The position numbers and the translations under genes were made by a program. A DNA stretch of 64,000 nucleotides from a bacterium (GTDB lineage: Bacteria > Bacillota_I > Bacilli_A > RFN20 > CAG-826), in NCBI GenBank assembly GCA_963622135.1, contig CAVFGR010000008.1, forward strand, positions 150,218 to 214,217, given 5' to 3'. The first letter of the stretch is position 1, and each line of letters starts with the position of its first letter. A model generated the notes under the pieces. The model worked only from the letters and a program-made list of their open reading frames with translations, did not search any database and was not told the DNA's origin. Positions 1 to 8,477 of this stretch are shown here, piece by piece.

Positions 1-220
1 GGAACCTTTCGCTATTAGCAATAAGACAATGGAAATAAGCAAAAGGATCCCATTGATGATAAAGGTCATCGTGTAATAGCCATCATCCCCAATGTTTCCG
101 TAAGTTAGGAAGATAGGGACCATCAAAGCGATCAAGGCGAAAATCTTCAGTCTGGCATCCAACTTATGGATGCAGGTATTGTATGGTGCGTAACGACCAA
201 GGGTGATATTAGCGGCCATT
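1..220 (-). CDS. ecfT: ECF transporter transmembrane component EcfT, N-terminal part (gene continues past the window start)
   Basis: Minus-strand translation from the ATG at 218-220 gives MAANITLGRYAPYNTCIHKLDARLKIFALIALMVPIF..., a typical EcfT N-terminus. It overlaps the stop of the upstream ECF ATPase gene, consistent with the ecfA1-ecfA2-ecfT operon. Confidence 0.7.
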
Positions 221-1072
221 GTTTAAAGCCTCCTTGATCGCCTCAGCCAAGTCATCGACGGTATTTAGCTCCTTTTCAGGTAATCTAAGGCCCTTGGCTT
301 TCAGTTCTTTGTAGGTTTTATAGACATCGGGGTTGTCCAATGAATAAATTGAGAGATCTTTTTCAAACAAATCAACAGGTTTTCCATCGAAAGCGATGCC
401 TCCGTCGGCCACAACGATGACCCTGTCGGCATATCTCGCGACGAGGTTCATATCATGGGTGACAAGAATTAAATCCATGCCTTCTTCCGTGTGAATCTTT
501 TTGAAAAGATCCATCGTGTCGATCGAGGCAGCCGGATCAAGACCGGCGGTAGGTTCATCAAGAACCAAGATATCCGGCTTGGCCGCAAGAATTCCGGCAA
601 TCGCGACTTTGCGTTTTTCGCCACCGCTTAATTCAAATGGGGAACGTTTGTAGAAAGATTCATCCAATCCCACCATAGCCAAAGCTTCATGAGCCCTTTT
701 AATTGATTCTTCCTTGGAGACGCCGAAATTCTTTGGGGCAAAACAAACGTCTTTCTCCACCGTTTCTTCAAAAAGCTGATATTCAGGGAATTGGAAAACC
801 ATGCCTATTCTCGAACGAAGGGCTTTAAGTTTCTTGCCTTTAAGTTTGTTCTTTGGCCCATTGAGGAAGCCATCGGCAATAACTTCTCCGCTGGTTGGAC
901 GGAGGAGGGCATTAATATGCTGAATCAAGGTCGATTTGCCAGAGCCGGTTCTGCCCACAATGGCCACGATTGAACCTTTTTCGATGTTTAAAGAAACATC
1001 CTTCAACGCTTCGAACTCAAATGGTGTTTTCTTAGAAAAAACATGCGAGACATTTTGGAAGATTATCGACAT
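209..1072 (-). CDS. ecfA2: ECF transporter ATP-binding protein EcfA2 (CbiO-like ABC ATPase)
   Basis: Walker A GRTGSGKST, ABC signature LSGGEKRKVAIAGILA and Walker B ILVLDEPTAGLD. Second ATPase of the ecfA1-ecfA2-ecfT arrangement; ATG confirmed at 1070-1072. Confidence 0.85.
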   Translation of the reverse strand: MSIIFQNVSHVFSKKTPFEFEALKDVSLNIEKGSIVAIVGRTGSGKSTLIQHINALLRPTSGEVIADGFLNGPKNKLKGKKLKALRSRIGMVFQFPEYQLFEETVEKDVCFAPKNFGVSKEESIKRAHEALAMVGLDESFYKRSPFELSGGEKRKVAIAGILAAKPDILVLDEPTAGLDPAASIDTMDLFKKIHTEEGMDLILVTHDMNLVARYADRVIVVADGGIAFDGKPVDLFEKDLSIYSLDNPDVYKTYKELKAKGLRLPEKELNTVDDLAEAIKEALNNGR

Positions 1073-1884
1073 AGGTAGTCCTCCAATTCATTCATGTTTG
1101 AAATATTTTCGGGAATCTCGATGCCCTTGTTTTTAAGAGCGTGTTTAAGTTGCAAAAAGAATGGAACACCTAATCGAATTGTTTCCAATTCGGCATTGTT
1201 GGCAAAAACTTCGCTTGGTCTGCCGATAGCAACGATTTTACCTTTATTCAAGACGATGACTTTGTCCGCCCTAGCGGCTTCTTCGACATCGTGGGTAACA
1301 GAAAGAATGGTCAAGTTAGGATTATGTTCTTTCATCGAGTTGATGAGATCCAAAATCTCTCGTTTGCCTTTTGGATCAAGCATGGATGTGGCCTCGTCCA
1401 AAATAAGAAGGTCGGGTTCCAAAGCCAAAACGCCAGCGATGGCGACTCTTTGCTTCATCCCACCCGAAAGATTCTCGGGAGCCGATTCTTTGAATTGCTC
1501 CATCCCGACTTCTTTAAGATATTTGTCGATGATCTTCTCCATCTCGTCTTTTTCGATGCAGCGATTTTCCAAGCCGAAAGCAATGTCTTCCGCCACGGTC
1601 GAGGCAACGAATTGGTTATCGGGATTTTGGAAAACAACTCCAACGCGGCGGTGAATCTCATTTAAGTGTTCTTTGTCCACCGGCATATCAAAAACCTTCA
1701 CTTCTCCAGTGAATTTGGTATGCAAGCCAACGATGACCTTGGTAAGAGTGGATTTCCCTGAGCCATTATGGCCAATAAGGGCGACGTGTTCCCCTGACTC
1801 TATGGAGAAAGAAAGGCCGTCGAGGGTGTTATTTTCGCGGTCGTAGCTAAAGACTAGGTTTTTGACTTCGATGGCGGAACTCAT
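1063..1884 (-). CDS. ecfA1: ECF transporter ATP-binding protein EcfA1
   Basis: Walker A GHNGSGKST, signature LSGGMKQRVAIAGVLA and Walker B LLILDEATSMLD. Overlaps the next ATPase gene by 10 nt. Confidence 0.85.
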   Translation of the reverse strand: MSSAIEVKNLVFSYDRENNTLDGLSFSIESGEHVALIGHNGSGKSTLTKVIVGLHTKFTGEVKVFDMPVDKEHLNEIHRRVGVVFQNPDNQFVASTVAEDIAFGLENRCIEKDEMEKIIDKYLKEVGMEQFKESAPENLSGGMKQRVAIAGVLALEPDLLILDEATSMLDPKGKREILDLINSMKEHNPNLTILSVTHDVEEAARADKVIVLNKGKIVAIGRPSEVFANNAELETIRLGVPFFLQLKHALKNKGIEIPENISNMNELEDYLCR

Positions 1885-2102
1885 TGTTGTGTTTCTTTTA
1901 TAGTATTCTTCTTAAGTTTCCTATGGACGATGATCTCGTTAATAATAACGAAAACAAGCCAGAGTCCAGCTAAACATCCACCGACGATCCAATAAACTTT
2001 ATCAGGATCGCTCTTGCCGGCATTAGGGGCGAAAGCAATCGTCGCGATAATGCCGAGAATGAGGATGTAAATGATAATTCGATAGGCGATGCGATTCTTC
2101 AT
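1881..2102 (-). CDS. small two-TM membrane protein, hypothetical
   Basis: 73-aa ORF with two hydrophobic helices. Its ATG at 2100-2102 overlaps the stop of the dCMP deaminase gene, and its own stop overlaps the ecfA1 start, so it is translationally coupled within the operon. Confidence 0.5.
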   Translation of the reverse strand: MKNRIAYRIIIYILILGIIATIAFAPNAGKSDPDKVYWIVGGCLAGLWLVFVIINEIIVHRKLKKNTIKETQQ

Positions 2103-2587
2103 TATTTAACTTGGATATCGATATTTTTGCCATCATACTGGCGGATTTTGACACCTGCCAATTCAAGAATCTTTCTAGAGGCTTGATAGATGACGTCGTT
2201 TTTGTGGATATCGGAGAGATAAACCAATTCTTTGATACCAACTTGAACGATGGCTTTGGCACATTCGTTGCAAGGGAACAGGGTGACATAAAGGGTGCAA
2301 TCTTTCAAAGCCGTGCCTTGTCTGTTGTTCAAGATTGCGTTGAATTCGGCATGGCAAACGAACAGGTATTTGGAATCCAAACCCTCTCCGTGCCCCCATG
2401 GAACATCATCATCGGAGACGCCGCGAGGCATGCCGTTATAACCAACGGAAACGATTTTTTTATCTTTGTCGACGATGCAAGCGCCAACCTGAGTAGACGG
2501 ATCTTTACTACGCAAAGCAGATAAGACGGCAATGCCCATAAAGTATTCATCCCAATCAATGTTATCTAAGCGATAATGTTCTTCCAT
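2102..2587 (-). CDS. comEB: dCMP deaminase (ComEB-like cytidine/deoxycytidylate deaminase)
   Basis: Zinc-binding motifs HAEFNAI and PCNECAKAI; 161 aa. Confidence 0.8.
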   Translation of the reverse strand: MEEHYRLDNIDWDEYFMGIAVLSALRSKDPSTQVGACIVDKDKKIVSVGYNGMPRGVSDDDVPWGHGEGLDSKYLFVCHAEFNAILNNRQGTALKDCTLYVTLFPCNECAKAIVQVGIKELVYLSDIHKNDVIYQASRKILELAGVKIRQYDGKNIDIQVK

Positions 2588-2649
2588 AAGTTCCTCCCTT
2601 TCGCGTAAAGCATACGCTTTAAGGGAAATATCGCAACAAAAGAAAGAAA

Positions 2650-2672
2650 AAGCCCTCCTTTTGGGAGGGTAA
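2650..2672 (-). terminator. rho-independent terminator candidate (CCCTCC-caaaa-GGAGGG followed by a T-rich run on the minus strand)
   Basis: Perfect 6-bp GC stem at 2652-2670, followed on the minus strand by CTTTTTCTTTCTTTT. Lies downstream of the small ORF 2692-2844. Confidence 0.4.
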
Positions 2673-2691
2673 ATAATTTGTGAGAACGCTT

Positions 2692-2844
2692 AGAAATCCG
2701 AGTCGTCAAAGGCCGAAATCATAATTTTGCTCGTGTTATGAACGGCTTCGACCATCTCGCATTCGGAAAGATAATCTTCTTTGCTGGCTCTCGCTCTTTT
2801 GCTGTCATCAACACGGAAAGGGAAACTGTCTGGATTGAACATAA
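2692..2844 (-). CDS. candidate small acidic protein (50 aa), hypothetical
   Basis: Not in the supplied track (under 60 aa). Minus-strand ORF MFNPDSFPFRVDDSKRARASKEDYLSECEMVEAVHNTSKIMISAFDDSDF has an AGAGGT RBS about 8 nt upstream of its ATG and the terminator hairpin just downstream. It sits in an otherwise empty 360-bp intergenic gap. Confidence 0.3.
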
Positions 2845-2951
2845 CTCGACCTCTTTGGGACACATAATTTTGATATGAAAAAAGAGTCTCCTCAATGACC
2901 TGATTTTTACACTGTCTAAATAAAGGCTAAACCACCTAGAAGGCGCCTATA

Positions 2952-3275
2952 TTATTTCTTTTTGGATGGACATAGGGCATAGCCCACACCATAGATAGCT
3001 TTAATCCGAGCAACCTTTATTTTTTGAAGCTTGTTCCTTATGGAAGAGATATGAACATCAACGATTCTAGTATCGTCTCGATGTTCGTTATTGGGCAACA
3101 AATTCAAAAGAAACTCCCTGCTGACAGGCTGACCGACTTTGAAATATAAGCCTTTGAGGAGAGTCCATTCGTTTTTGGTAAACGAGGCCTCGTGATTATT
3201 GAAATATACAACCCTTTTGAGCGAATCGATTTTGACTCTTTCGCCATCATCCCTGACGAGTTCGAGAATAGCCAT
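2952..3275 (-). CDS. stand-alone OmpR/PhoB-type winged-helix DNA-binding domain protein (trans_reg_C only, no receiver domain)
   Basis: Resembles the OmpR C-terminal domain: ...FTKNEWTLLKGLYFKVGQPVSREFLLNLLPNN..DDTRIVDVHISSIRNKLQ...IKAIYGVGYAL. The track start at 3296 is a TTG; the ATG at 3273-3275 (MAILEL) has an AAGGAT RBS. Confidence 0.6.
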   Translation of the reverse strand: MAILELVRDDGERVKIDSLKRVVYFNNHEASFTKNEWTLLKGLYFKVGQPVSREFLLNLLPNNEHRDDTRIVDVHISSIRNKLQKIKVARIKAIYGVGYALCPSKKK

Positions 3276-3276
3276 G

Positions 3277-3435
3277 TTATTTATCCTTGAGAACAACGAC
3301 CACGACTATGCAGGCGATCATCAAAAGAATGAGAACAGAAAAATAAATGATTCTCCTAATCATTGCCTTTTTGTTCGCTTTAACATCGTCCTCATCTAAT
3401 TCGATGAGTTCAGGTTCTTTGTTTTGATCGCTCAT
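3277..3435 (-). CDS. small single-TM membrane protein (52 aa), hypothetical
   Basis: Not in the track. MSDQNKEPELIELDEDDVKANKKAMIRRIIYFSVLILLMIACIVVVVVLKDK has an acidic N-terminus and one TM helix. Its stop lies 1 nt before the ATG of the wHTH gene and its start 3 nt after the smpB stop. Confidence 0.4.
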   Translation of the reverse strand: MSDQNKEPELIELDEDDVKANKKAMIRRIIYFSVLILLMIACIVVVVVLKDK

Positions 3436-3438
3436 AAA

Positions 3439-3906
3439 TCACTTATAATCCGCTGCCTTAAGCCGTTCCATGTCGCGATTTTGATCACGTTCTTTAATGG
3501 ATTCCCTCTTATCGTATAACTTTTTGCCTTTGGCTAGGGCAATCTCCAATTTGGCATAGCCGTGCATCAAAAACAATTTGGTTGGGACACAGGTATAACC
3601 GCCATCTTTAAGACTGTTCCCCAATTTTTTTATCTCTCTTTTCGAAAGCAAAAGTTTCCTGTCTCTCAAATGGTCGACGTTATGAATATTGCCTTCTTTA
3701 TATGGGGCGATGTGCATATTGCAGATAAACGCTTCGCCGTTTCTAACTTGAACATAAGAATCGGTAATTCCGGCATTATGTGCACGAAGCGACTTGATTT
3801 CGGTTCCGGTTAAGACAATCCCAGCAGTCAAAAAATCACTTAAAAAATACTCATAATGAGCACGTCTGTTTTCTAATAAAATGGAGTCGTCTTTCTTCTT
3901 TGCCAT
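3439..3906 (-). CDS. smpB: SsrA-binding protein SmpB
   Basis: Strong SmpB similarity (NRRAHYEYFL, GTEIKSLR, LLLSKREI). The track start at 3912 is TTG; the real ATG is at 3904-3906 (MAKKKDDS). A TATAAT box lies 13 nt upstream. Confidence 0.9.
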   Translation of the reverse strand: MAKKKDDSILLENRRAHYEYFLSDFLTAGIVLTGTEIKSLRAHNAGITDSYVQVRNGEAFICNMHIAPYKEGNIHNVDHLRDRKLLLSKREIKKLGNSLKDGGYTCVPTKLFLMHGYAKLEIALAKGKKLYDKRESIKERDQNRDMERLKAADYK

Positions 3907-3946
3907 AAGCAAAAATGATTATAGCACAATGTTTCCAAGCACTTAA

Positions 3947-3976
3947 TTGGATATGAGCAAATCCGTCTTATACAAT
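3947..3976 (+). promoter_or_regulatory. sigma-A-like promoter candidate for the superoxide reductase gene
   Basis: TTGGAT (3947-3952) followed 16-18 nt later by TATACAAT; AAAGGAGA RBS 8 nt before the ATG at 4000. Confidence 0.4.
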
Positions 3977-3999
3977 GGGCTTAGAAAAAGGAGATAGAT

Positions 4000-4347
4000 A
4001 TGAAAGAAATCAAATTTTATAAGGCAGAAAACGGCGAAATCATCATCAGCGATGAAAACTTTCACGGATTCGCCGAACTAAAAGCGGGCGAAATTGACGC
4101 CTCTTTGGAAAAACACGTCCCTGCTATAAAGCACGAAGATGGAAAACTAATCGTCGACGTCGGTTCAATTGAACATCCGATGATTGAAGCCCATTACATA
4201 AAGTTCGTTGTTTTGAATTCCGAAAGGGGCGCAGAAGTGATTCATTTAAGTCCAGGAAATAAACCACATGCCGAATTCGTCGATGTGGAACATGGCACCG
4301 TTTACGAATACTGCAACCTACATGGGCTTTGGAAAAAAGAATTCTAA
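4000..4347 (+). CDS. sor: superoxide reductase (1Fe-SOR, neelaredoxin/desulfoferrodoxin class II)
   Basis: Hallmark EKHVP motif, plus His/Cys iron ligands (IEHPMIEAH..., CNLHG). 115 aa with no N-terminal desulforedoxin Cys cluster. Confidence 0.8.
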   Translation: MKEIKFYKAENGEIIISDENFHGFAELKAGEIDASLEKHVPAIKHEDGKLIVDVGSIEHPMIEAHYIKFVVLNSERGAEVIHLSPGNKPHAEFVDVEHGTVYEYCNLHGLWKKEF

Positions 4348-4381
4348 AAAAATAGATCGGCTCTGGACCGATCTATTTTTG
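4346..4381. terminator. bidirectional rho-independent terminator between convergent sor and gpmA
   Basis: 10-bp perfect stem AATAGATCGG / CCGATCTATT with a 7-nt loop, flanked by an A-run upstream and a T-run downstream. Confidence 0.7.
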
Positions 4382-4389
4382 AGTTAGGT

Positions 4390-5097
4390 TTATAAATAGT
4401 ATTTGTTTAAAACTTTAAGAGTTTTCTCATCCAACTCATAAACGAGTGGTTTGCCAGTTGGGATTTCAACTTCGAGAATTTGTTCTGGGGTAAGATGCTC
4501 AAGTTCCATAACCAAGGCACGGAGAGAGTTGCCGTGGGCCGCGATTATGATGCGTTTTCCTTCATGAAGGGCCGGAACGATGTGCTCATCGAAGTATGGG
4601 CGGAAACGCTTGGCGGTGTCGATTAAGCATTCAGTGGTCGGAAGTTCTTCTTCCTTCATTTCACCAGATTTGACGAGGTTTTGATATTTCTCCTGGTTGC
4701 CTGGGAATCTTTCGTCATCTTTCGAGAGGGCTGGTGGTTGAACATCAGCAGATCTTCTCCAAATACGAACCTGCTCATCGCCCCATTTCACAGCGGATTC
4801 GGCCTTATTCAAACCTTGAAGAGCGCCATAATGACGTTCGTTTAATCTCCAAGTGTAATGCTTTGGAAGGTCGGCTTGGCCCAATTCGCCCAAAGCATAA
4901 TCCAAGGTTTTGTTAGCACGCATCAAGACAGAGGAATAACCAACATCGAAGTGAAAGCCAGCTTCTTTGAGGGCCTTGCCAGCGGCTTTAGCTTCGTTGA
5001 CGCCGTTAGGCGAAAGGTCAACGTCGGTCCAGCCGGTGAATTTGTTTTCGAGGTTCCACATGGACTGACCATGACGGAGCAAAACTAATTTGATCAT
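4390..5097 (-). CDS. gpmA: 2,3-bisphosphoglycerate-dependent phosphoglycerate mutase
   Basis: [26 protein letters not shown] catalytic His motif; 235 aa. Confidence 0.9.
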   Translation of the reverse strand: MIKLVLLRHGQSMWNLENKFTGWTDVDLSPNGVNEAKAAGKALKEAGFHFDVGYSSVLMRANKTLDYALGELGQADLPKHYTWRLNERHYGALQGLNKAESAVKWGDEQVRIWRRSADVQPPALSKDDERFPGNQEKYQNLVKSGEMKEEELPTTECLIDTAKRFRPYFDEHIVPALHEGKRIIIAAHGNSLRALVMELEHLTPEQILEVEIPTGKPLVYELDEKTLKVLNKYYL

Positions 5098-5115
5098 ATT
5101 TATATTTCCTTTCGT

Positions 5116-6015
5116 TTATTTATTAAGAAATTCAAGAATGTCCTGCATAACTTCAGATTTCTTGTCTTCGTTCAAGATTTCATGACGCATATGCTCATAG
5201 ATTTTAACAGTAACATCCTTCATTCCCAACGATTTATAGAGCTCGCCTAAAGCGATAGGACCTTTGCCCATATTGCCAACAGGGTCACCATCGCCGGAAA
5301 CGATAAGAACGTGTTCGTCTTTCGAAATGTTTTTGAGGTATTTCTTCTTATAAAGGGTGTTCATGCCTTTTAAGAATTCTCTCCAGAAGCCTTTGGAATT
5401 GGTGTGACCAAGGTATGGGTCGGCAATATAATTTTTGACGTTTTCTTCATTATAAGATAACCAATCCACGTCGGTCTTACGGTCTTTTATTGCTTTTGAA
5501 TAAGCACCCAGGCCCAAATTGGTGAGGAATTTTGATGGTTGGTTCCAATTACGTTTGTTGACCGTAAGCTTGGCTAAGAAGCAGCCCATCGCCATCAAAA
5601 GCTTGGCAGGACCATTAGAGCCCATGATGATAACTTTATCGGCGGTATTTGGATAAAGTTCCAGATACGATTGGGTCATAAAGCTGCCCATCGAGTGGCC
5701 CATTAAGCACGTTGGCTTTCCATCTTTTTTGAGTTCCTCGATTTTCTGGTGCAAGGCATTCACAGAATCAAAGAATCCATCTTCTGGCCAAATTTGAAGA
5801 TCTTTTTCAGTCGGCGCATTGAAACCCTGACCATGGGCATCCAAAACATAGAGGTCGATACCGTTGTCATTCAAGAAGTTAGCGAACTCTTCATAACGAG
5901 TGGCCTTTTCTTGCATGCCAGTATGTGCAACAAGATGCATTTTGGCATTTTCGAGTGGCCAAGAAGCCCCGTGCAATGTACGACCGTTTGGCAAACTAAC
6001 AGAAAATTTTTCCAT
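5116..6015 (-). CDS. alpha/beta-hydrolase (lysophospholipase / monoacylglycerol-lipase-like)
   Basis: GHSMGS nucleophile elbow with an alpha/beta-hydrolase fold pattern; 299 aa. Confidence 0.7.
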   Translation of the reverse strand: MEKFSVSLPNGRTLHGASWPLENAKMHLVAHTGMQEKATRYEEFANFLNDNGIDLYVLDAHGQGFNAPTEKDLQIWPEDGFFDSVNALHQKIEELKKDGKPTCLMGHSMGSFMTQSYLELYPNTADKVIIMGSNGPAKLLMAMGCFLAKLTVNKRNWNQPSKFLTNLGLGAYSKAIKDRKTDVDWLSYNEENVKNYIADPYLGHTNSKGFWREFLKGMNTLYKKKYLKNISKDEHVLIVSGDGDPVGNMGKGPIALGELYKSLGMKDVTVKIYEHMRHEILNEDKKSEVMQDILEFLNK

Positions 6016-6024
6016 ATTTTCTCC

Positions 6025-7044
6025 TTATTCTATTCCATTAGGATTTTTTACTTGGAAGTTATAGGCGTCGCGGCAAGCGTCTTCGATGGTTAATTCGGCT
6101 TTCCAATTCAATTCCTTAAAGACTTTGTCGCAATTGGCATAAGAAACTGGAACGTCGCCAGGACGTCTGCCTTCAATTTGATAAGGAACATTAACTCCGG
6201 TTGCCTTCATGAATGCATTGACGATTTCAAGAACCGAAGTTCCGCGGCTGGTGCCAAGATTATAGATAACCAAACCAGGTTTATGTTCGAGTTTATTTAA
6301 AGCAGCGATGTGACCTTTAGCGAGATCAACAACATGGATATAGTCGCGGATTGCGGTTCCATCTTCCGTATCATAGTCGGAACCATACACGTGGAGGAAC
6401 GGCAATGTTCCAATGGCAACCTTTGTGATATAAGGCATCAAGTTATTAGGAATACCATTTGGATCTTCGCCTAACAAGCCGGACGGATGTGCGCCGATTG
6501 GATTGAAATATCTAAGAACTGCTACATTTAACTGGCTGTACTTTTTCGCGAATTCTTGGCATAAACCTTCGCATTCAATTTTAGTTTTCCCATATGGATT
6601 GGCAGGCTTTCCGATTGGATCGTCTTCGGTAACCGGCAATCTTTCTGGCGTTCCATAAACCGTAGCCGATGAAGAGAAAACAAAATTATCAACGTGATAT
6701 TCGACCATCAGTTCAAGAACAACTCTAGCCGAGCCAACATTGTTTCTTTCATATTCGTCAGGCTTTTCAACTGATTCAGCAACCGATTTAAAAGCGGCAA
6801 AATGGATGACTGCATCAATTTTGTTTTCGGCAAAAACCTTTCTCATTGCCTCTTTGTCAGTGCAATCAATCTGATAGAAAAGTGGCGATACACAGGTAAC
6901 TTTTTTAATTCTATCGAGAACTCCGATCTTCGAGTTGGAAAGATTGTCCACAATAATCGGATTGTAGCCTTTTTCAGCCAACTCAACGACAGTCTCGCTA
7001 CCGATGAATCCTAAGCCGCCAGTAACCAATACGTTCTTAATCAT
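6025..7044 (-). CDS. galE: UDP-glucose 4-epimerase
   Basis: NAD-binding VLVTGGLGFIGS, the YxxxK catalytic motif, and GalE-length (339 aa). Confidence 0.85.
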   Translation of the reverse strand: MIKNVLVTGGLGFIGSETVVELAEKGYNPIIVDNLSNSKIGVLDRIKKVTCVSPLFYQIDCTDKEAMRKVFAENKIDAVIHFAAFKSVAESVEKPDEYERNNVGSARVVLELMVEYHVDNFVFSSSATVYGTPERLPVTEDDPIGKPANPYGKTKIECEGLCQEFAKKYSQLNVAVLRYFNPIGAHPSGLLGEDPNGIPNNLMPYITKVAIGTLPFLHVYGSDYDTEDGTAIRDYIHVVDLAKGHIAALNKLEHKPGLVIYNLGTSRGTSVLEIVNAFMKATGVNVPYQIEGRRPGDVPVSYANCDKVFKELNWKAELTIEDACRDAYNFQVKNPNGIE

Positions 7045-7046
7045 TT

Positions 7047-8477
7047 TTATCTCCTTTGCATTTCTGCAATTAAAGTTTTAGAAACCTCTGCAGGGTTAAC
7101 TTTTCCTTGGGAGGCCTTCATAACCTGACCAACCAAGAATCCCAAAGCTCTGTCTTTGCCGCCTTTCCAGTCAGCAATCGACTGAGGATTGGCGTCCAAT
7201 ATTTGATTGACAAATTTTAAAATTACCGAATTGTCAGAAATTTGAGCCTTAATACCCAAAGATTCTTGAGCATCTTTTGGCGATTCTCCAGTCGCTAAAA
7301 CCCTTTCCAAAATTTGAATACATTGTTTGTGTTGAAGGCCACCAGTCTCTTGCATCAAAACAATTTCTGATAAAACTTTAGGTTCTAAAGAAAGCTGGCT
7401 GATGGTCAATCCGTTTTTATTTAGATAGCCATTAATTTCAACAATTAAGAAATTAGCTAAGTCTTTAGCATTTTTAACCAAAGACATGCCTTGTTCAAAA
7501 TAAGCAGCCATATTAGTGTCGGAAAGAATGATTGAGGCATCCGAATTATTTAATCCAGCAGCCAAATAACGTTCCTTCTTCGCATCATAAAGTTCAGGAC
7601 AAGAATCTATAGCGTTTTGAACGAACTCATCAGATAACGCAATAGGCGTGATGTTAGGCTCGCAGAAATATTTGTAGTCAACGGCATCCGTCTTGACACG
7701 CATTAAGATTGTCTTCCCGCTAGCTTCGTCATAACGTCTAGTTTCTTGCCTAACTGTGCCTCCAGAAAGGATGACTCTGCTTTGACGTTCGATTTCAAAA
7801 TCTAACGCTTCCTGAATATTTTTCAGGGAATTGAGATTTTTGACTTCAACTTTGGTTCCAAATTTTTCTTGGCCTAACGGACGAATGGAAATATTGACAT
7901 CGCAACGTAATGATCCTTCCTCCATTTTTCCGTCCGATGTTCCAGAGTAAATAACTATGTTTCGGATTGCCTCGACATATTTCATCGCCTCATAACCCGA
8001 TCTAATTTCTGGCAAAGAAACGATTTCAACCAAAGGAGTACCGGCACGGTTGTAATCGAGCAAGGAATAATCAAGGAAATGTTCTTGCTTGCAGGTGTCT
8101 TCCTCCATATGGATACGTTCTATGCCAATGTTCTTTTTAGAGCCATCGGGCATCTCGATGGTCAAATAGCCGTTTTTGCCAATTGGTCTGGCTTGCTGCG
8201 TGATTTGGTACCCCTTAGGTAAATCAGCATAGAAATAATTTTTGCGATCAAAATAAAGGGTATGGTCAATTTCCATATGCAAAGCGTTCGCAACACGAAT
8301 GGCGTTGATGACCGCTTGTTTATTGACCACTGGCATAGCACCAGGATAACCCATATCTAATTCGGTAATCTGAGTGTTTGGTGTTTTAGAGAAACCATTT
8401 GGAGAAGATGAAAACATTTTTGATTTCGTCTTCATTTGAACATGGATCTCAAGACCGATAACAGGTTCGAAATTCAT
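7047..8477 (-). CDS. gatB: Asp-tRNA(Asn)/Glu-tRNA(Gln) amidotransferase subunit B
   Basis: MNFEPVIGLEIHVQ N-terminus and full-length GatB similarity. Confidence 0.95.
   Translation of the reverse strand: MNFEPVIGLEIHVQMKTKSKMFSSSPNGFSKTPNTQITELDMGYPGAMPVVNKQAVINAIRVANALHMEIDHTLYFDRKNYFYADLPKGYQITQQARPIGKNGYLTIEMPDGSKKNIGIERIHMEEDTCKQEHFLDYSLLDYNRAGTPLVEIVSLPEIRSGYEAMKYVEAIRNIVIYSGTSDGKMEEGSLRCDVNISIRPLGQEKFGTKVEVKNLNSLKNIQEALDFEIERQSRVILSGGTVRQETRRYDEASGKTILMRVKTDAVDYKYFCEPNITPIALSDEFVQNAIDSCPELYDAKKERYLAAGLNNSDASIILSDTNMAAYFEQGMSLVKNAKDLANFLIVEINGYLNKNGLTISQLSLEPKVLSEIVLMQETGGLQHKQCIQILERVLATGESPKDAQESLGIKAQISDNSVILKFVNQILDANPQSIADWKGGKDRALGFLVGQVMKASQGKVNPAEVSKTLIAEMQRR

Noticed and set aside
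1094-1654. Long antisense ORFs inside well-supported genes (for example 1094-1654 +, 2111-2524 +, 41049-41570 -, 46693-47337 +, 49808-50494 +, 13627-14142 +)
   Set aside because: They lie entirely within, and opposite to, genes with strong family signatures (ABC ATPases, dCMP deaminase, metalloprotease, OppC, OppA, PcrA). They have biased low-complexity translations and no RBS, so they are shadow ORFs.
3199-3399. Track ORF 3199-3399 (+) and other 60-80 aa ORFs overlapping annotated genes
   Set aside because: It overlaps the minus-strand wHTH and small TM genes and has no RBS; its translation is low-complexity.
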